Counted from the first letter of the whole stretch, positions 1 to 12,357 are shown. The stretch is DNA of 60,155 nt, filler included, from Sphacelaria rigidula (GCA_964200075.2; 5 parts of 5 records of this genome joined end to end with filler, not necessarily neighbours in it), one strand, 5' to 3'. Numbers and translations: made by a program. The notes: generated by a model not told the origin, from the sequence alone.

Positions 1-3000
1 CCTCCGCAAGCGTACAGGGTCCCACCTGCAAGCTCCACGTCCCTAAAGCGGTACATTGACAAACAAGAATACACCGGGGGGGGGGGGTACTGGATGATGA
101 CGGTGATGTGTTTCATGTAGATTATCCACCGCCCTCACCCCCCTTCATCGGGACGAGTTCATAGACAGTCTCAATATATTAGCAAATGTCGGGGTCATCG
201 GTATCGGTGCTGTATAAGATGTCGGTTTTCTTAGCAATATCGACGAAGTCATCCGAGGGTAGGGCGTACGACCTTTAGCGACTGCTGGTTTCCAAGTCGA
301 GCGCACTCAACAGCCGACCCAAACCAAGGGGCGGGGTTATCGGATGGTGACCGAGACCGCAATAACCTCGCATCCGACCGACGTTGGAGAGCGACTGCTT
401 CGCAGGCAAATGTCGAAGAGTTCCCGAATGCCACCATTTCCCCCTTTGGTGATGGATGTTAACGACATGGCATCCACCTTCACCAACGCCCTGCGACAAA
501 CGGCCGTCGACACACTCCCTCGATGCCCCCAGAACCCCACAGCTAAAGGTTCTAATCAGTTGCCACAGGCTCAGGATCACCTCCAACAGGCGTGGAATCT
601 CAGGGAAAGTGTATGGCAGAAACTATTATACGCGCCAACCTCAACGACTCTGTCCTGACGAAGGAGCTGAAGGTGACGGACAGAGCGTTTGAATGGTTGG
701 AGGATGCTGATTTTGTTCGCAAGAAGGATCGAGCAGGACTGCACCAGCACATCAAGCCCTTGGAAGTGGAAGGGAAGAAGCAGTGCGACTCAACCTTCAT
801 AAGGAGCGCGACTGGCGAGCTGTTGCGGGGCAAGCAAGCTATCCTGCAATGATGGAACGAATGGTTTGAGACGCTTCTGAACGCAACCTCGCCTGCGATC
901 GACCCCTCTATTATCGATCTCATCGAACGATTGCCTAAGCACGCACCGCTCGCGGCCGAGCCCTCGATGGAAGGAAGTGAAAGAAGCAGCGGGCAAGATG
1001 GTGAACGGCAAGGCCGTTGGGACAGACTACATCGGTGTCGAACTGCAGAAGCTCGCCCTCACCGAGAACTCTGCCATCCTGAAGTGCCTCCACAACATCG
1101 TGCTCACCGTATGGTGTCAAGAAATAGTACCGCAGGACATATGTAGAGGAGATACTGCTGGTCGCCTCCGATAAACAAGCCTGTTTTGCTTGTGAACAGC
1201 ATACGTCTTCAAGTCTTGAAAGCCCTGATGAAGAAGATGACCTTTGGAGCAGGCCTGTGACCTCGTCCCGAGTCCAAAAGAGTCTGTAGAACACTACAAA
1301 AGTACACCAACACAGCACACATTCAACGCACCTGTGCAGTCGGATAGAAGACCTATCCTGGGCAGCCCGGAATGCCATGGCCTCCATGAGGATGGAAGCC
1401 CCCGCTTGGGCGTTGGATTCGTCTCGCGCCCCAGACCCCACCACGATCCCCACAGCCGACGCCTGCGTACAACCGCACCACAAGGAGAACGATGTAAGGA
1501 AGGAAGTACAGTGCATGCAAGATAGCTGGCGGTTCTGGTTTTGTCGACAGCAGCACAAGACAGTAACTTAAAAAAAAACGTTTGCCGTTTACGCTTTCTC
1601 GAGGGAAAACAAAATATGACTCTTACATGACATGTCTCGCAACCGAAATTTCGGAATAGAGCACTCGCTGCATGGCACGGTACGTGATTTTCATGTCGGC
1701 CTTGCGACAAGCACAACAAACAGAACACGGCCTCATCAGGTTGTTCTTGTTTTGAGATTGCAGTGCGACACGATACGCTCGGGTCTAGAACTCGGCAAAA
1801 TTGCGGTGCGCCCGACGTTTTGACGCGAAAGCGGTTTATTTCGGAACACGCCGTACACACTACTATATTTTACTGTATGTGTCCGAGAGCATGGGCACAA
1901 TACAGGTACACTACCATAGTTCAAGACTCGTTGTATGGTTCGATTGATTAATTGTTGCGCATGACCTAATCCTCGAGGGAACGAGTCAGGCTTATTATGC
2001 ACAAGCTAGACGTACCCGAGATTGGGAAATACAAGGGAAAACACTCGCTGAAGGAAAACAAACAAAATAGAAAGGAGGAACACACACACAGAGTAGACTG
2101 AAAATGAACACAAAGATCATCAAAGAAAAAAACACTGATTAATCTCATACATGACGATAACTTGTACTCCCCAGAGCAGAAACAGGGCAACGGAATCAAC
2201 CGCACGATTACGGTGTTACCACCCACGCATATATATACATGCATGTAAAAATGGAATCCACTTTCCCAACAGGTAGCACCCGTGCCACCACAAGATGTTT
2301 ACTGAGCGACCTCGTGGACATGCTTGAAGTCACAACAACTTTCAGCGCCGTCGCCGCTGCAGTTCACGAGGAAGTCGAGGTTGGCCTTCTAATGGCCCCA
2401 AGTGACATACTGACATATTTTATAAACCTACAGAAGCCTGCCGACGTTCCATGCTTCGACTGTCTTTCGACGGCTTTGGGATAATCAATTTCACGGCGAG
2501 AAGCGCGCACTACCCACGCGGTACGGAGAGGAGGCGGATGGAGGAGGGGGGGGGGGCAATAAATTGTTTTTCTTGAACATTTATTGATGAATTTACCTCA
2601 TTTTTACTTTTTTTGGAATTGAAGTCTCAACAGAAAAAGCGTGGGAATGCGTTAATTTTATTTGACCTCACGCATTTCTTCTTTTTGGCCCAAAAAATAA
2701 AAAATAAAAACGTCGTATTTTGAAATAGACCACTTTATCTATTAGAATGTCTAATATTTGTTTTTCGCTATTTTACCAGAAAAAAATCTTGTGTCTGATT
2801 TTTCTTGAAAATTATTATACTTTTCAAGAGATTGTATTTGGGGGGCAAGTACTCATGGTCATGCATGCCATAGTCGTATGGCCGTTGACCTCGCATCCCT
2901 ACAGCATCAGGACGGAGCACGCCGGATTTCGCTGGATTAGACTCGCAATCACCAGGCGCGAGGTGCCGTGTTGTATTATTCGGCGAGACGCATGAAGGGT

Positions 3001-5720
3001 GAGCTGCATCCTGCTAATATCGGATGGGGGGAGGGGGGGGCACCAACCATCCCTGGGTTTGATATTTGACGTCGAGGGTTACCCTGTCCCGAGGTGAAGT
3101 AACCAAGCCCGGGATGTTGGGGGTCTCATACCCTGGCGTTATAGCGGCTGTAGAGACACGCACCGTGACCTTCGTTTCAAAGGGACGCTCCGTAAGCACC
3201 ACACATGCAGACACCGTGGTCATATCTTGAACTGCAAATGGGATGGTGCTCCCTTCCTGTCAATGATGTACCCAATTTTGGGCTCATTCCGTACCTTTCA
3301 CCTATTTTGGAAATATTTTGTAATATCGAATTTGGTCCATATGCAAAGAGAAAAAAGGTGCTGCACTGAGGTCGCGCACCCGGCTCACGGTGGGACGAAA
3401 AGAGCAGTGCCCGATGTGTCAACAGAAAATGTTCTTGTGCGGAATTGATTCAAAATGCACGAGCCGTCGTACAATGAAGAGCCTAATCGCTTCCCGGTCA
3501 AACGCGGGAGCGGAAACCTTCATAGTTCATGGTACGATCGGATGGTGACGCTCCTCTTGCAGAGAACTTGAAAAAGGAAATAAGGGCGCTGTAGGTACCT
3601 ACAATCCATACAACACGGGGCTACTCGTACGAGTTCTGATGACGGTATTAGTCTTGACTGTAACGTGAACACGACACTCTTCACACATTAGACCAACGTG
3701 GTCAAAATGCATGCACACGGTTTCTTACCCCTTGGCCATTTTCCAATGTTACCACTTTCGCCCCGTTGCTTAGCGTAGACGATTTGGACCCAGACCGCGA
3801 TGGCTCCGCTGGCATGGTCGCCGGAACCCTGCCCCAGGTCACACCCGCACACACCGGCGTATGCACAACGCGGATGGGAACACCTCAGGTTTTCGAGATT
3901 GCGCATTTAGATGGAAACATAGACACCTTTCACACACCTTCCCAACGCAAGCACTTTTGGACTGCTGCACAGTAGATCACAAGCGAACTCGCGTGTGAAA
4001 AAAGAGATAATTCATGTCATCGCTCTCACACACAGTTCTCGGCTGGCGATATGTGAGAGCGTGTTGACCCTTCGACCGCGGTGCGGGTAGTCCATCTGAA
4101 TCATGCATACCCTTTTAAAAAGTGAATATTGATGCCGAATGGGCAGGTGATCTACCCTCGCTGTCAAAGGGTTAAACGGCACAGCTGACAGCAACTACTC
4201 GGTTTGTTCGGCAAGATGAACATGTATTGGGGGGGGGGGGGGCAGACTCGATCGAGAGTACGGCCCATGGTGCAGCACCACAGAATGTAACGGATTTAAA
4301 CAGCTCGAGACGTGCTCACACTCGACGCCGATATTGTTTTCGAAGACACCGGCCGTGCTACCGACCTGCGGGTACAGTCATACAGCTTCGCTACGACGAT
4401 GCCGACTGCAGTTAGGGTGGGCCATTTTCCATACTACAGCTCGTATTATAAACAGACGATACAGCCCGGCCGGCACGCCATTCGGAAGCGACACTACACT
4501 ACTGTGCTATTCTGTAACGCTATTGAATGCCCCATGTACTAGAGCGCATCGAAAAAAACAAATGTTGTACTCTACACTGTCTCAGTTTTACTGAGCACCC
4601 GACGCTGCGCGGTTCGTTTCGGAACACTTTTGCATTGGGTGAACAGTACGGTGAAGTAAAAAAGCTGAGGGTAGGAGATGCTAGTGGAGTCCCGTCCTCT
4701 TTGCTTCCAGTGCAACGCAATCAACAGGTAGTGTCGGCTGTACCGCGGTGTTTGAGGCTCTGGCAATCGATGTTGTCCATTCTATTTTGGGCACTACTGC
4801 ATTGCACTGTCAGTTGTACAATCAGTAGTGACTGTGCGATTAGTCTTGAATCGCTGCTGGCTCGAGGACGCATCGGGAGCAGGTGACGTTTCACGAGAGA
4901 AAGTGGGGCCTCTCAGCAGCGAGCAATGCCAACAAAATGCGAAAGGAGATATGCTCGCAAACCCATCGTACCACAAACCACTTCGCTGTGTAGATAGCAT
5001 GAGGCCCCAATGCCCGAGAGAATAGCGCAAGGTCTGTACACCAAGTATCTCGGACCATGGGGGGGTCAGCAACAATACAGTCAGTCGCAGGTGCGCAATC
5101 ACGCATGGGGCTGTTTAGCGTGCCCCAGAGCTCATGAGAGCTTCACAGCGAAATACAATGATTATACCAAAAACAAGGACTGATTTGCTCAGACAAACGG
5201 CAGCGCAGCAATGCGCAACTTTTGCATCGAAAGATCAAGTGTTGCTTTGATGTACTGTCGTTCGTAGCACGAGATATGGGCATGTACTTCTTTCATACAG
5301 CGGGTATCGAAACATCTGTCCAACTACAGCCCCGCTCAGAGCGGATAGCAGTTGGCTGCTCTGCTGTCCTCGCTTCCACGGACAACCCACACCGCAGTGC
5401 TGTGAAACGCCCCAAGAAAACAGAACGCAAGATACATACTGCACTACACCAATGTGACGCTCACGAGATTGCACTTGCATAACATAGGAAACCACACGGG
5501 AGAGCCTAAAGGCCGGGGTATACCAATATAATAGATTACACGCACACATGCATCGACCGCAATTAATAGTTAAACGAGCCCCACAGGCAAGCGCCCTCGG
5601 GTAAGAGTCCACTCACCCAGGGTATTCTTCTTGCATCGATGCCAAAGCTGAGAGGCCTCGTGGTGCAATGGCGCGGCGAGCTACCACTGCTCTAGAAGCG
5701 AACGCCACGCTACGCAACAT
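1..5720 (-). CDS. Mitochondrial M16-family protein, MPP alpha / cytochrome bc1 core protein 2-like (non-catalytic), 3' partial
   Basis: Phase-consistent GT-AG exons 5720-5617, 3828-3729, 1462-1332 and 42-<1 give MLRSVAFASRAVVARRAIAPRGLSALASMQEEYPGVPATMPAEPSRSGSKSSTLSNGAKVVTLENGQGASAVGIVVGSGARDESNAQAGASILMEAMAFRAAQDRSSIRLHRDVELAGGTLYACG. There is an Arg/Ala/Ser-rich transit peptide and M16 motifs (TLxNG, GSGARDE, MAF). The HxxEH zinc motif is replaced by ILMEA. Confidence 0.88.
400..1138 (+). mobile_element. Decayed non-LTR retrotransposon (LINE) ORF2 fragment, endonuclease-RT linker, in an intron
   Basis: Broken translation IRSATGELLRGKQAILQ*WNEWFETLLN...EPSME/VKEAAGKMVNGKAVGTDYIGVELQKL...VWCQEIVPQ matches the typical pre-RT motifs of LINE ORF2 (W..F..LLN; K..GKA.G.D). 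It has a stop and frameshifts, and lies antisense in the 43-1331 intron. Ends are approximate. Confidence 0.8.
4068..4171. mobile_element. piggyBac-like MITE (~105 bp)
   Basis: Ends CCCTTCGACCGCG...CGCTGTCAAAGGG, flanked by TTGA and TTAA. The interior is homologous, in reverse orientation, to 34382-34661. Confidence 0.65.
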
Positions 5721-6688
5721 CACGTCGCAACTTGATGCCCCTTGGCTTTCCTATTTGTATCCTTCTAGTGGCCTTTCGTCTCGCTTCCAGCTCCCTCTAC
5801 GGTAGCTGTTATTATGCCTGTGAGCTGGGTGCTACACGGATGGAAAGAAGGCGCAAGTGAGCCTTCACTGCAGTCAATATATTAATACCTAGACACAAGA
5901 CACGGGGAAGTCAGTGATGATTGATTATGCTACGCATTGATTTCGTCATGAGAAAATATTGCTCATCGGCAGCTTCGAACAAGTATTTGTCAAGCATTTG
6001 AGACGTTGAGGCAGGGTGAGTGATGTGTGCGGTAACTCCGTTCGTCGTGTGTGCATGGTTTCCTTGGGTTCATTAGCCTTGGGTTTCTTAGTAAGTTGAT
6101 GTGTTACTTGCCCTGCTGCTTTTGAGTCAAGGTTTGGTTAGGCTGCAGCCAACGGACACATCACGTTCTTTTTGTTCCGCTCTCTCCTGCGGTGTGTGTG
6201 TGCGGTGAATATGCGAGTACCCGATCTCACCTGAGAGCTAACAGAGAGTGGAATCTTCATGCTTCGTGCACCTTGCCAGCTGTGTTTGCAGTGCACGCAC
6301 TGCCTGCGTGTTGTTTTCATATTCCTACGAGTACATGGTAATTGGCCTCACATTTTGTTTGTTGCAGTGTAGTGTCTGTGCTATACCACGAAACTACCGT
6401 ATTGTTCCGTAGCACTGATACATTTCGAGGTACGACACAAAAGCTCTTCCTAGCGAGGATCGCTGTCCACCGCACTTACAGCTGCCGCCGATATCGCCGA
6501 GAATATACATGATATGTGAGAGTGGGTATCGCCTCCAAGAAAACAAGAAAACCAGAAGGCCCGTTGCGGTAACCATGACTTCTGCTGGTGTTGTTGAATC
6601 AACAATTGCACCGAACGTGCTGACCACACGCCAAATAAATCCATCCGCTGCAGGAATATCTACATACAAGACATCCTACCGTCTAAAC
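5721..6688. promoter_or_regulatory. Divergent intergenic region (M16 gene / ARPC5)
   Basis: 968 bp between the divergent ATGs at 5720 (-) and 6689 (+). No individual motif was assigned. Confidence 0.5.
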
Positions 6689-8909
6689 ATGTCGGGACCG
6701 CCCCCCCCGCCGAGGCGTGGGCCACCACCGCTACCTGGGACAGCACCACCGCCACTTCCTGGCTCAGCCCCTCCCCCACTTCCTGGCTCAGCTCCGCCCC
6801 CGCTTCCTGGCTCAGCTCCGCCCCCACTACCAGGCGCTGCACCGCCGCCGCCGCCGGTACCCACCTCAGGTCCTCCCCCGCTTCCCGGCGCGCCACCCCC
6901 CTCCCTGCCATCATACTCCCCGCCACCGCCGCCAGTGCCGGGGGTGGCGCCACCATCTCTGCCGCGCTCAAGCCCGCCGCCCCCGCCAGTGCCCACCGCC
7001 GCCCCTCCGCCGCCGCCGCCTCCGACCCAGTCGAGCTACCAGTCTTATCAACCACCGCCCGTTCCCCAGCAACAGTGGCCATCATCACCGCCGCCACCAC
7101 CGCCGCAGTCGTCCTACCAACCGCCGCAATCGTCCTACCAACCGCCGCCGCCCTCGAGCTATCAGCCGCCCGCGCCACCCGTGCCGTCAGCGTACCAGTC
7201 TTACCAGCCCCCTCCGCCGGTGCCCCAGGGAGGTGGAGGATACCAGCCGCCGGCCCCGCCCGTGCCGCAGCAGCCGAGGTCTCAACCCCCCCCTCCGCCC
7301 CAGCAGTCGTCCTACCAACCGCCGGCTCCGGCACCCTCGGCTTATCAGCCGCCCCCCGTGCAACCCTATACACCCAAGACCTACGCGCCAACCCCGGCGC
7401 CGGCGGTGGCGCTGCGCCATGTGACCTCGCCCGCGGGCGCGTCACCGCCGCCGCCACCGCCGCCGTCGAGTGGCGAATCGGTACCAGAGTACCAGCGTAA
7501 ACACCTACACTCAACCTTCGTGGGTTCGCCACCCGCTCCCGCTCCGACTTCGACGTCGAGAGGCTACACCCCTCCCGCAGCGGTAGCCCCCCCGCCGCCG
7601 GCCCCCGTGCAGCAAACTTACAACCCGCCTGCGCCGGCACCGGCACCGGTGATGCACGGAGGCGGTGCGAGGTACTCACCTCCTCCCCCACCCGCACAGC
7701 AGGGCTACCAGCCGCCTGTGGCGGCGTATAAGGCGCCAGCGCCGGCCCCGGCGCCGCCTGCTGCGGCGCCGCAACAGCATTATGGCGGCTCGTCGTCTCG
7801 GGGGTACTCTGCCCCTACTCCGGCTGGGTACCAGCCCCCTGCCCCTGGAGGTAGTATCGGAAGCACAGGAAGGTCAGGGACCGCGGCTGTGGTTACCGAC
7901 CAGGCGGCTATGGCTGACGTGCAACAGAGGGAGGTGAGAGCGTTCGTGTTTTCTGCGAGTGATCTATGATGTTTCTTGTGCCCGTTTATTAGTTATTGTT
8001 TTCCATGTTGTTGAAGTATTGCAATCTTCTCCCTTGTTTTCCGCCGACCTGTTGCGCTGTTTTTCGGCTTCGGTAAATACCGCGCGTACGTCGGTACCAC
8101 GGAGGTCTGCGGTGCAATACTCATTTTCGCAGACACACCACCTCGACCTGACACCAGTAAGCGAGGAAGATTGGCACGTTGATTATTTTAACCACTTCTT
8201 CTGCCTTTGGCTTCGCGCACCGTCGTGACAAGCCTGTGTCCTTGCCCGGCCCTAACAGCTAAACACGCACCGTGTGCTTGTGATGTATTGGCGCCGGTCT
8301 CGCCTTGATTTTTTTCTTGCCGTGTGAAGACGGCGGTGCGTAGCCTGCTTCACCGAGACCCCCCCGGGGCACTCAGGAAGGCGCTTGAAGACCCGCCTAT
8401 CTTCTGTAAAGACGAAGCCGTCAAGGTAAATGTTTGGCGTGGGTACGTGCTGATCATGATGGAATCACCGTGTGCCTCGTCACGTTTTTGTCATCAGCTG
8501 TGGAAAAGCCTCGTAGGCTGTTGCTTTGACTTTTTTTGGGTGCTTGGTGGCCGGCATTGGTTCTTGGTGCACGTTCATGAGCACAGTGAAAATAAAGTCG
8601 ATTGAACCACTCTACAGCAAAAGTGTGGTGAAGGAGATTGCTTCATTCTGTGCGTCCTTCACGCACTTGATCAGCGCAATACTCCCCGTGTACAACCATC
8701 TGATCCGCATGTTCTTCGTGGGATGACCGTACACGCAGGACAAGAACATGGAATGCGTGATCATGGTGCTGTCAGGCGTGCGCGAAGATCAGATCGAGAG
8801 CTGCCTGAGCGCCCTGTCTCTGGATGAGATCGATCTCCTCACGAAGTACGTGTACAAGGGGCTGGGCGTCCCCAGAAACAACGGTCCTCTCTTCAAGTGG
8901 CACGCGAAG
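6689..8909 (+). CDS. ARPC5: Arp2/3 complex subunit 5 (p16-Arc) with long proline-rich N-terminal extension, 3' partial
   Basis: Exons 6689-7933, 8330-8425 and 8739-8909, all phase 0 GT-AG. The C-terminal part DVQQRETAVRSLLHRDPPGALRKALEDPPIFCKDEAVKDKNMECVIMVLSGVREDQIESCLSALSLDEIDLLTKYVYKGLGVPRNNGPLFKWHAK aligns with ARPC5 (AL.NPP..K..AVKD; DLLMKYIYKG; L.WH.K). The last exon was not found before the contig end. Confidence 0.92.
6721..6895 (+). repeat. Coding 24-bp tandem repeat (PPPLPGSA)n
   Basis: Five consecutive PPPLPG(T/S/A)A units plus one further PPPLPGA, with synonymous variation between units. Confidence 0.85.
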
Positions 8910-9404
8910 GTGATCTCCCTCGTGTACAATGGTAGTTGCAGTTTTACTCCCGTCCGTGGCGAAAAAAAATGGAAGCACATGGAAAACTCGAGTATGGGTG
9001 CAGGTGAACTACTTGTGAAAACAGCATGAAACGTTAGAGCAGGCGCGAAATCTCTGTTGGAGAGTGAACGTGACGAACCCAGGGGAGCTCTTGTTTTTGG
9101 AGCGCTGTTGTTGTGTATTGACTTGACCAATAAACGGGGGTATGGTGAAGGAAAAAAACGCGTACGGTAAGGACTGGATAGCTATCCAGCCACAGTGCCC
9201 TCGTGACGAAGATTAGTGTTCGCGGAAAGTTCTACTCCTCGTAGCTACAACAAACGTAGAAGCTCTGGTGATCTTTGGTTGTGTACCGAATTCTTGGTCA
9301 AAGGAGCGGACGGGAGGGGGGGGGTGTTCTTTCACGGCCTCATGGATGGCAAACACATAGGTGTGCTTGTTTTGGAGTGCGGACAAAGTGAGCAAAAATG
9401 TTTC

Positions 9405-10918
9405 CAAGGTTGTGTTCTGTAAGGTACGGTTTTCTGCATACCCGGAGTATTTTTCCGGGTATGTANNNNNNNNNNGTATGTACCGTACCCGACAGTTCTG
9501 TGACTTCTGTAAGACCTTCATACCGGTACCCGACAAGGTCTGCAATCTCTGTAAGACTTTCATACCCTTACCCGATAGTTCTGTAAGTTCTGTAAAATAC
9601 ATTTACCCGGACCCGAAGGGCAGGTATACCCGAAAAGAGTTACCCGATCGCCGGTACCGGTTCTGTGTAAGCCTCCTATACCGTACCCGACAAGTTCTGT
9701 ATAGTCTGTAAGACTTTCATACCGGTACCCGAAGGGCGGGTATCCCCGAAAAAGAGTTACCCGACTGCCGGTCCCGGTTCTCTGTAAGCCTCCCGTACCG
9801 TACCGACGAGTTCTGTAAACTCGGTGAGACTTCCATACCGGCACTCAATATTTCTGTAAGCTCTGAAAGCTTCCTGTACTCTTACCCGGGGTTAGGTTAT
9901 ACCCTCGCAGACATACCCCGTTGCAGGTACGAGCACAGGTATATACCCTCTGGAAGTATGGATATAGGTTCAGTCAAAACAAAACATAATGCCTCGGACA
10001 TGTACCTCCCAGCTCCTACCACCACACCCTGCCCTCTCATTCATCTCAGCACCCCGACCAAAAAATTCAAGGTTGTTTTCTGTAAGGTACGGTTTTCTGT
10101 ACACCCGGGGTATTTTTCCGGGTATGTACCGTACCCGATAGTTCTGTAAGTTCTGCACAATATATTTACCCGAACCCGAAGGGCGAGTATACCCGGAAAG
10201 AGTTACCCGATTGCCGGTACCGGTTCTCTGTACGACTCCCATACCGTACCCGACAGGTCTGTAAGTTCTGTTCATAACATCTACCCGAACCCGAGCGGCG
10301 GGTATAGCCGAAAAGAGTTACTCGATTGCCGGTACCGGTTCTCTGTAAGCCTCCCGTGCCGTACCCGACAAGTTCTGTAAAGTTTGTAAGACTTTCATAC
10401 CGGTACCCGACAGTTCTGTAAACTCGGTGAGACTTCCCAATCGGTACCCGACAGTTCTGTAGTCTCTGTAAGACTTTCATACCCGTACCCGATAGTTCTG
10501 TAAGTTCTGTACAATACATTTACCCGAACCCGAAGGGCAGGTAAACCCGGAAAGAGTTACCCGACTGCCGGTACCGGTTCTCTGTACGCGTCCCATACCG
10601 TACCCGACAAGTTCTGTAAAGTTTGTAAGACTTTCATACCGGTACCCGACAGTTCTGTAAGTTCTGTTCATAACACTTACCCGACCCCAAGAGGCGGGTT
10701 TACCCGAAAAGAGTCACCCGATTGCCGGTACCGGTTCTCTGTACGCGTCCCATACCGTACCCGAGAAGTTCTGTAAAGTTTGTAAGACTTTCATACCGGT
10801 ACCCGATAGTTCTGTAAATTCTGTGAGATTTCCAAACCGGTACCCGACAGTTCTGTAATCTCTGTACGGAGTCTCATACCCTGCATAACGTACCCGTACC
10901 TTACAGAACACAACCTTG
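9405..10918. mobile_element. Non-autonomous TIR DNA transposon with 8-bp TSD, internally repetitive, in an ARPC5 intron
   Basis: CAAGGTTGTGTTCTGTAAGGTACGG at 9405 and its exact reverse complement ending at 10918. AATGTTTC lies on both sides (9397-9404 and 10919-10926). The interior is built from GTACCCG / GTTCTGTAAG / ACTTTCATACC modules, with a second left end at 10068. Confidence 0.9.
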
Positions 10919-11954
10919 AATGTTTCGACCCGACGTGGTTCATGCTCGGCCTGAAAACACCCGTACAAAGTCCTGGCGCATGCCCAGAAGCTCTGAGCGT
11001 GGCCCCTGCTCAGCTACATGCGCAGAAAAGAGCTTATTTCGGCGCTGTGATCTACACACCACTTACGTAGCTACGGCAACCCTCGTCGGCACCAATATCA
11101 CTACAGACAATTCCGTTGCATTTCGACTGTGAAGACCGACCGCAGCGTTACAAACATACTGTTGTAGTTGGTGTCATAAACTGCGTGTTACGCTGATGCT
11201 TGTCTACCTCCAACACTACGCCTTCTTCGACACCTCCAAACAAGGGGTACCTGCCATACCACAGAATAATGGCGGCGCGCAGATGAGACGCCGGAAATCA
11301 GGCTCAGACTGAGTTTCTTGTGTGATCCAAAGGCCTAGTGTATTGGAGTTGGTATAGCGGTCGTCGCTGAGGCTGAACATCTTGTTATTATTATTTTATA
11401 TTTCGCCCTGATTTTGTTACAGCCTCGTTTTTTATTATGAGCGGTCCACTAATAAAGTGGAGAAGATTCGCCGGCTTGCATAGACTTACTCTTGTGACGG
11501 TCTATCATCATCCTTTGACTTAGGGAGGGCGGTTGTGTGTTTCACGTTTTGTTATTTTGAAGGAGGCAGCAGTCATCAGGCAATGAGAGTAAGCGGTGCG
11601 ATGCATTTTTTTTCGATTATCAAAATTGTGCCTCACTTTTAGAAAGCCCGAAACTTCAATTCCTGTCGCAAGTTTTGAACATCCAAATTCGGCGGCCGAG
11701 CGGGGGGTGTTACTTTCATGTCTAGTGAGTAGACTGCGAGACGTAACAAGACCCCTAAAAGTAAAAGATAGCTCACAGTTCGAGAGTATCTACGGACTCA
11801 TAGCAAGGGTGCCTACTATTTTCGAAAGTTTTGTAGGAGTTGACCGCGAGTCAGAACGATAGAACTAATGCAGGGGTCGAAAAACACCTGTGAGGCAGGC
11901 AAGGTTTGGCTTTACCTGGAGACCGCACCGCACCCTGTAAGGGGGGGGGGGGGG

Positions 11955-12054
11955 NNNNNNNNNNNNNNNNNNNNNNNNNNNNNNNNNNNNNNNNNNNNTT
12001 AATTAATTAANNNNNNNNNNNNNNNNNNNNNNNNNNNNNNNNNNNNNNNNNNNN
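11955..12054. other. Artificial contig linker
   Basis: N44-TTAATTAATTAA-N44; the 12-mer has stops in all six frames. Confidence 0.98.
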
Positions 12055-12357
12055 ACTAAGAAATTACGGATTCTGCATACTTCTGACGCTGCCTACTGTA
12101 CTCCTCATACATGAGACGTGTGGAATCGTGAATAACCCAGAACTGAGTATCGGTGGGTATGATGCACAGGCGCATACACGCTCGTCAACACATTAGACTA
12201 GACACAAGGCGTTTCTTAGCTACCGTAGCATTTTCCTCTGAGTTGGTTGTTGACAGGACTGCTCCAAATGTCCTTTTTCCCGTTGTCACCATCTTGAGGG
12301 CGGTGTAGGCCAGGTATACTCATGTGTTTTGTATTCGAACACGCATGAATTCTGACG

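Noticed and set aside
2302-2390. Exon-like minus-strand stretch KANLDFLVNCSGDG
   Set aside because: The flanking M16 exons already join in phase 0 and this peptide does not fit the domain.
4312-4370. LDADIVF glycosyltransferase DxD-like exon
   Set aside because: Isolated, lies in an intron of the opposite-strand M16 gene, and no partner exons were found.
6509-6688. Upstream ATG at 6509 as the ARPC5 start
   Set aside because: The composition is unlike the rest of the exon. The ATG at 6689 has AAAC-ATG context and coincides with the compositional shift.
6660-7697. Long antisense and alternative-frame ORFs over the proline exon
   Set aside because: Shadows of GC-rich low-complexity coding sequence.
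6689-7933. Secreted extensin/pherophorin-like wall protein
   Set aside because: No signal peptide, and it splices in frame to a cytosolic ARPC5 domain.
9405-10918. CRISPR-like array or repeat-protein ORFs
   Set aside because: No constant repeat with unique spacers, eukaryotic intron context, and bounded by TIRs and a TSD. The ORFs are by-products of the repeat.
11999-12010. TTAATTAATTAA palindrome recurring every ~12 kb as a biological periodic element
   Set aside because: It is always embedded in exactly 44+44 Ns, so it is an assembly linker.
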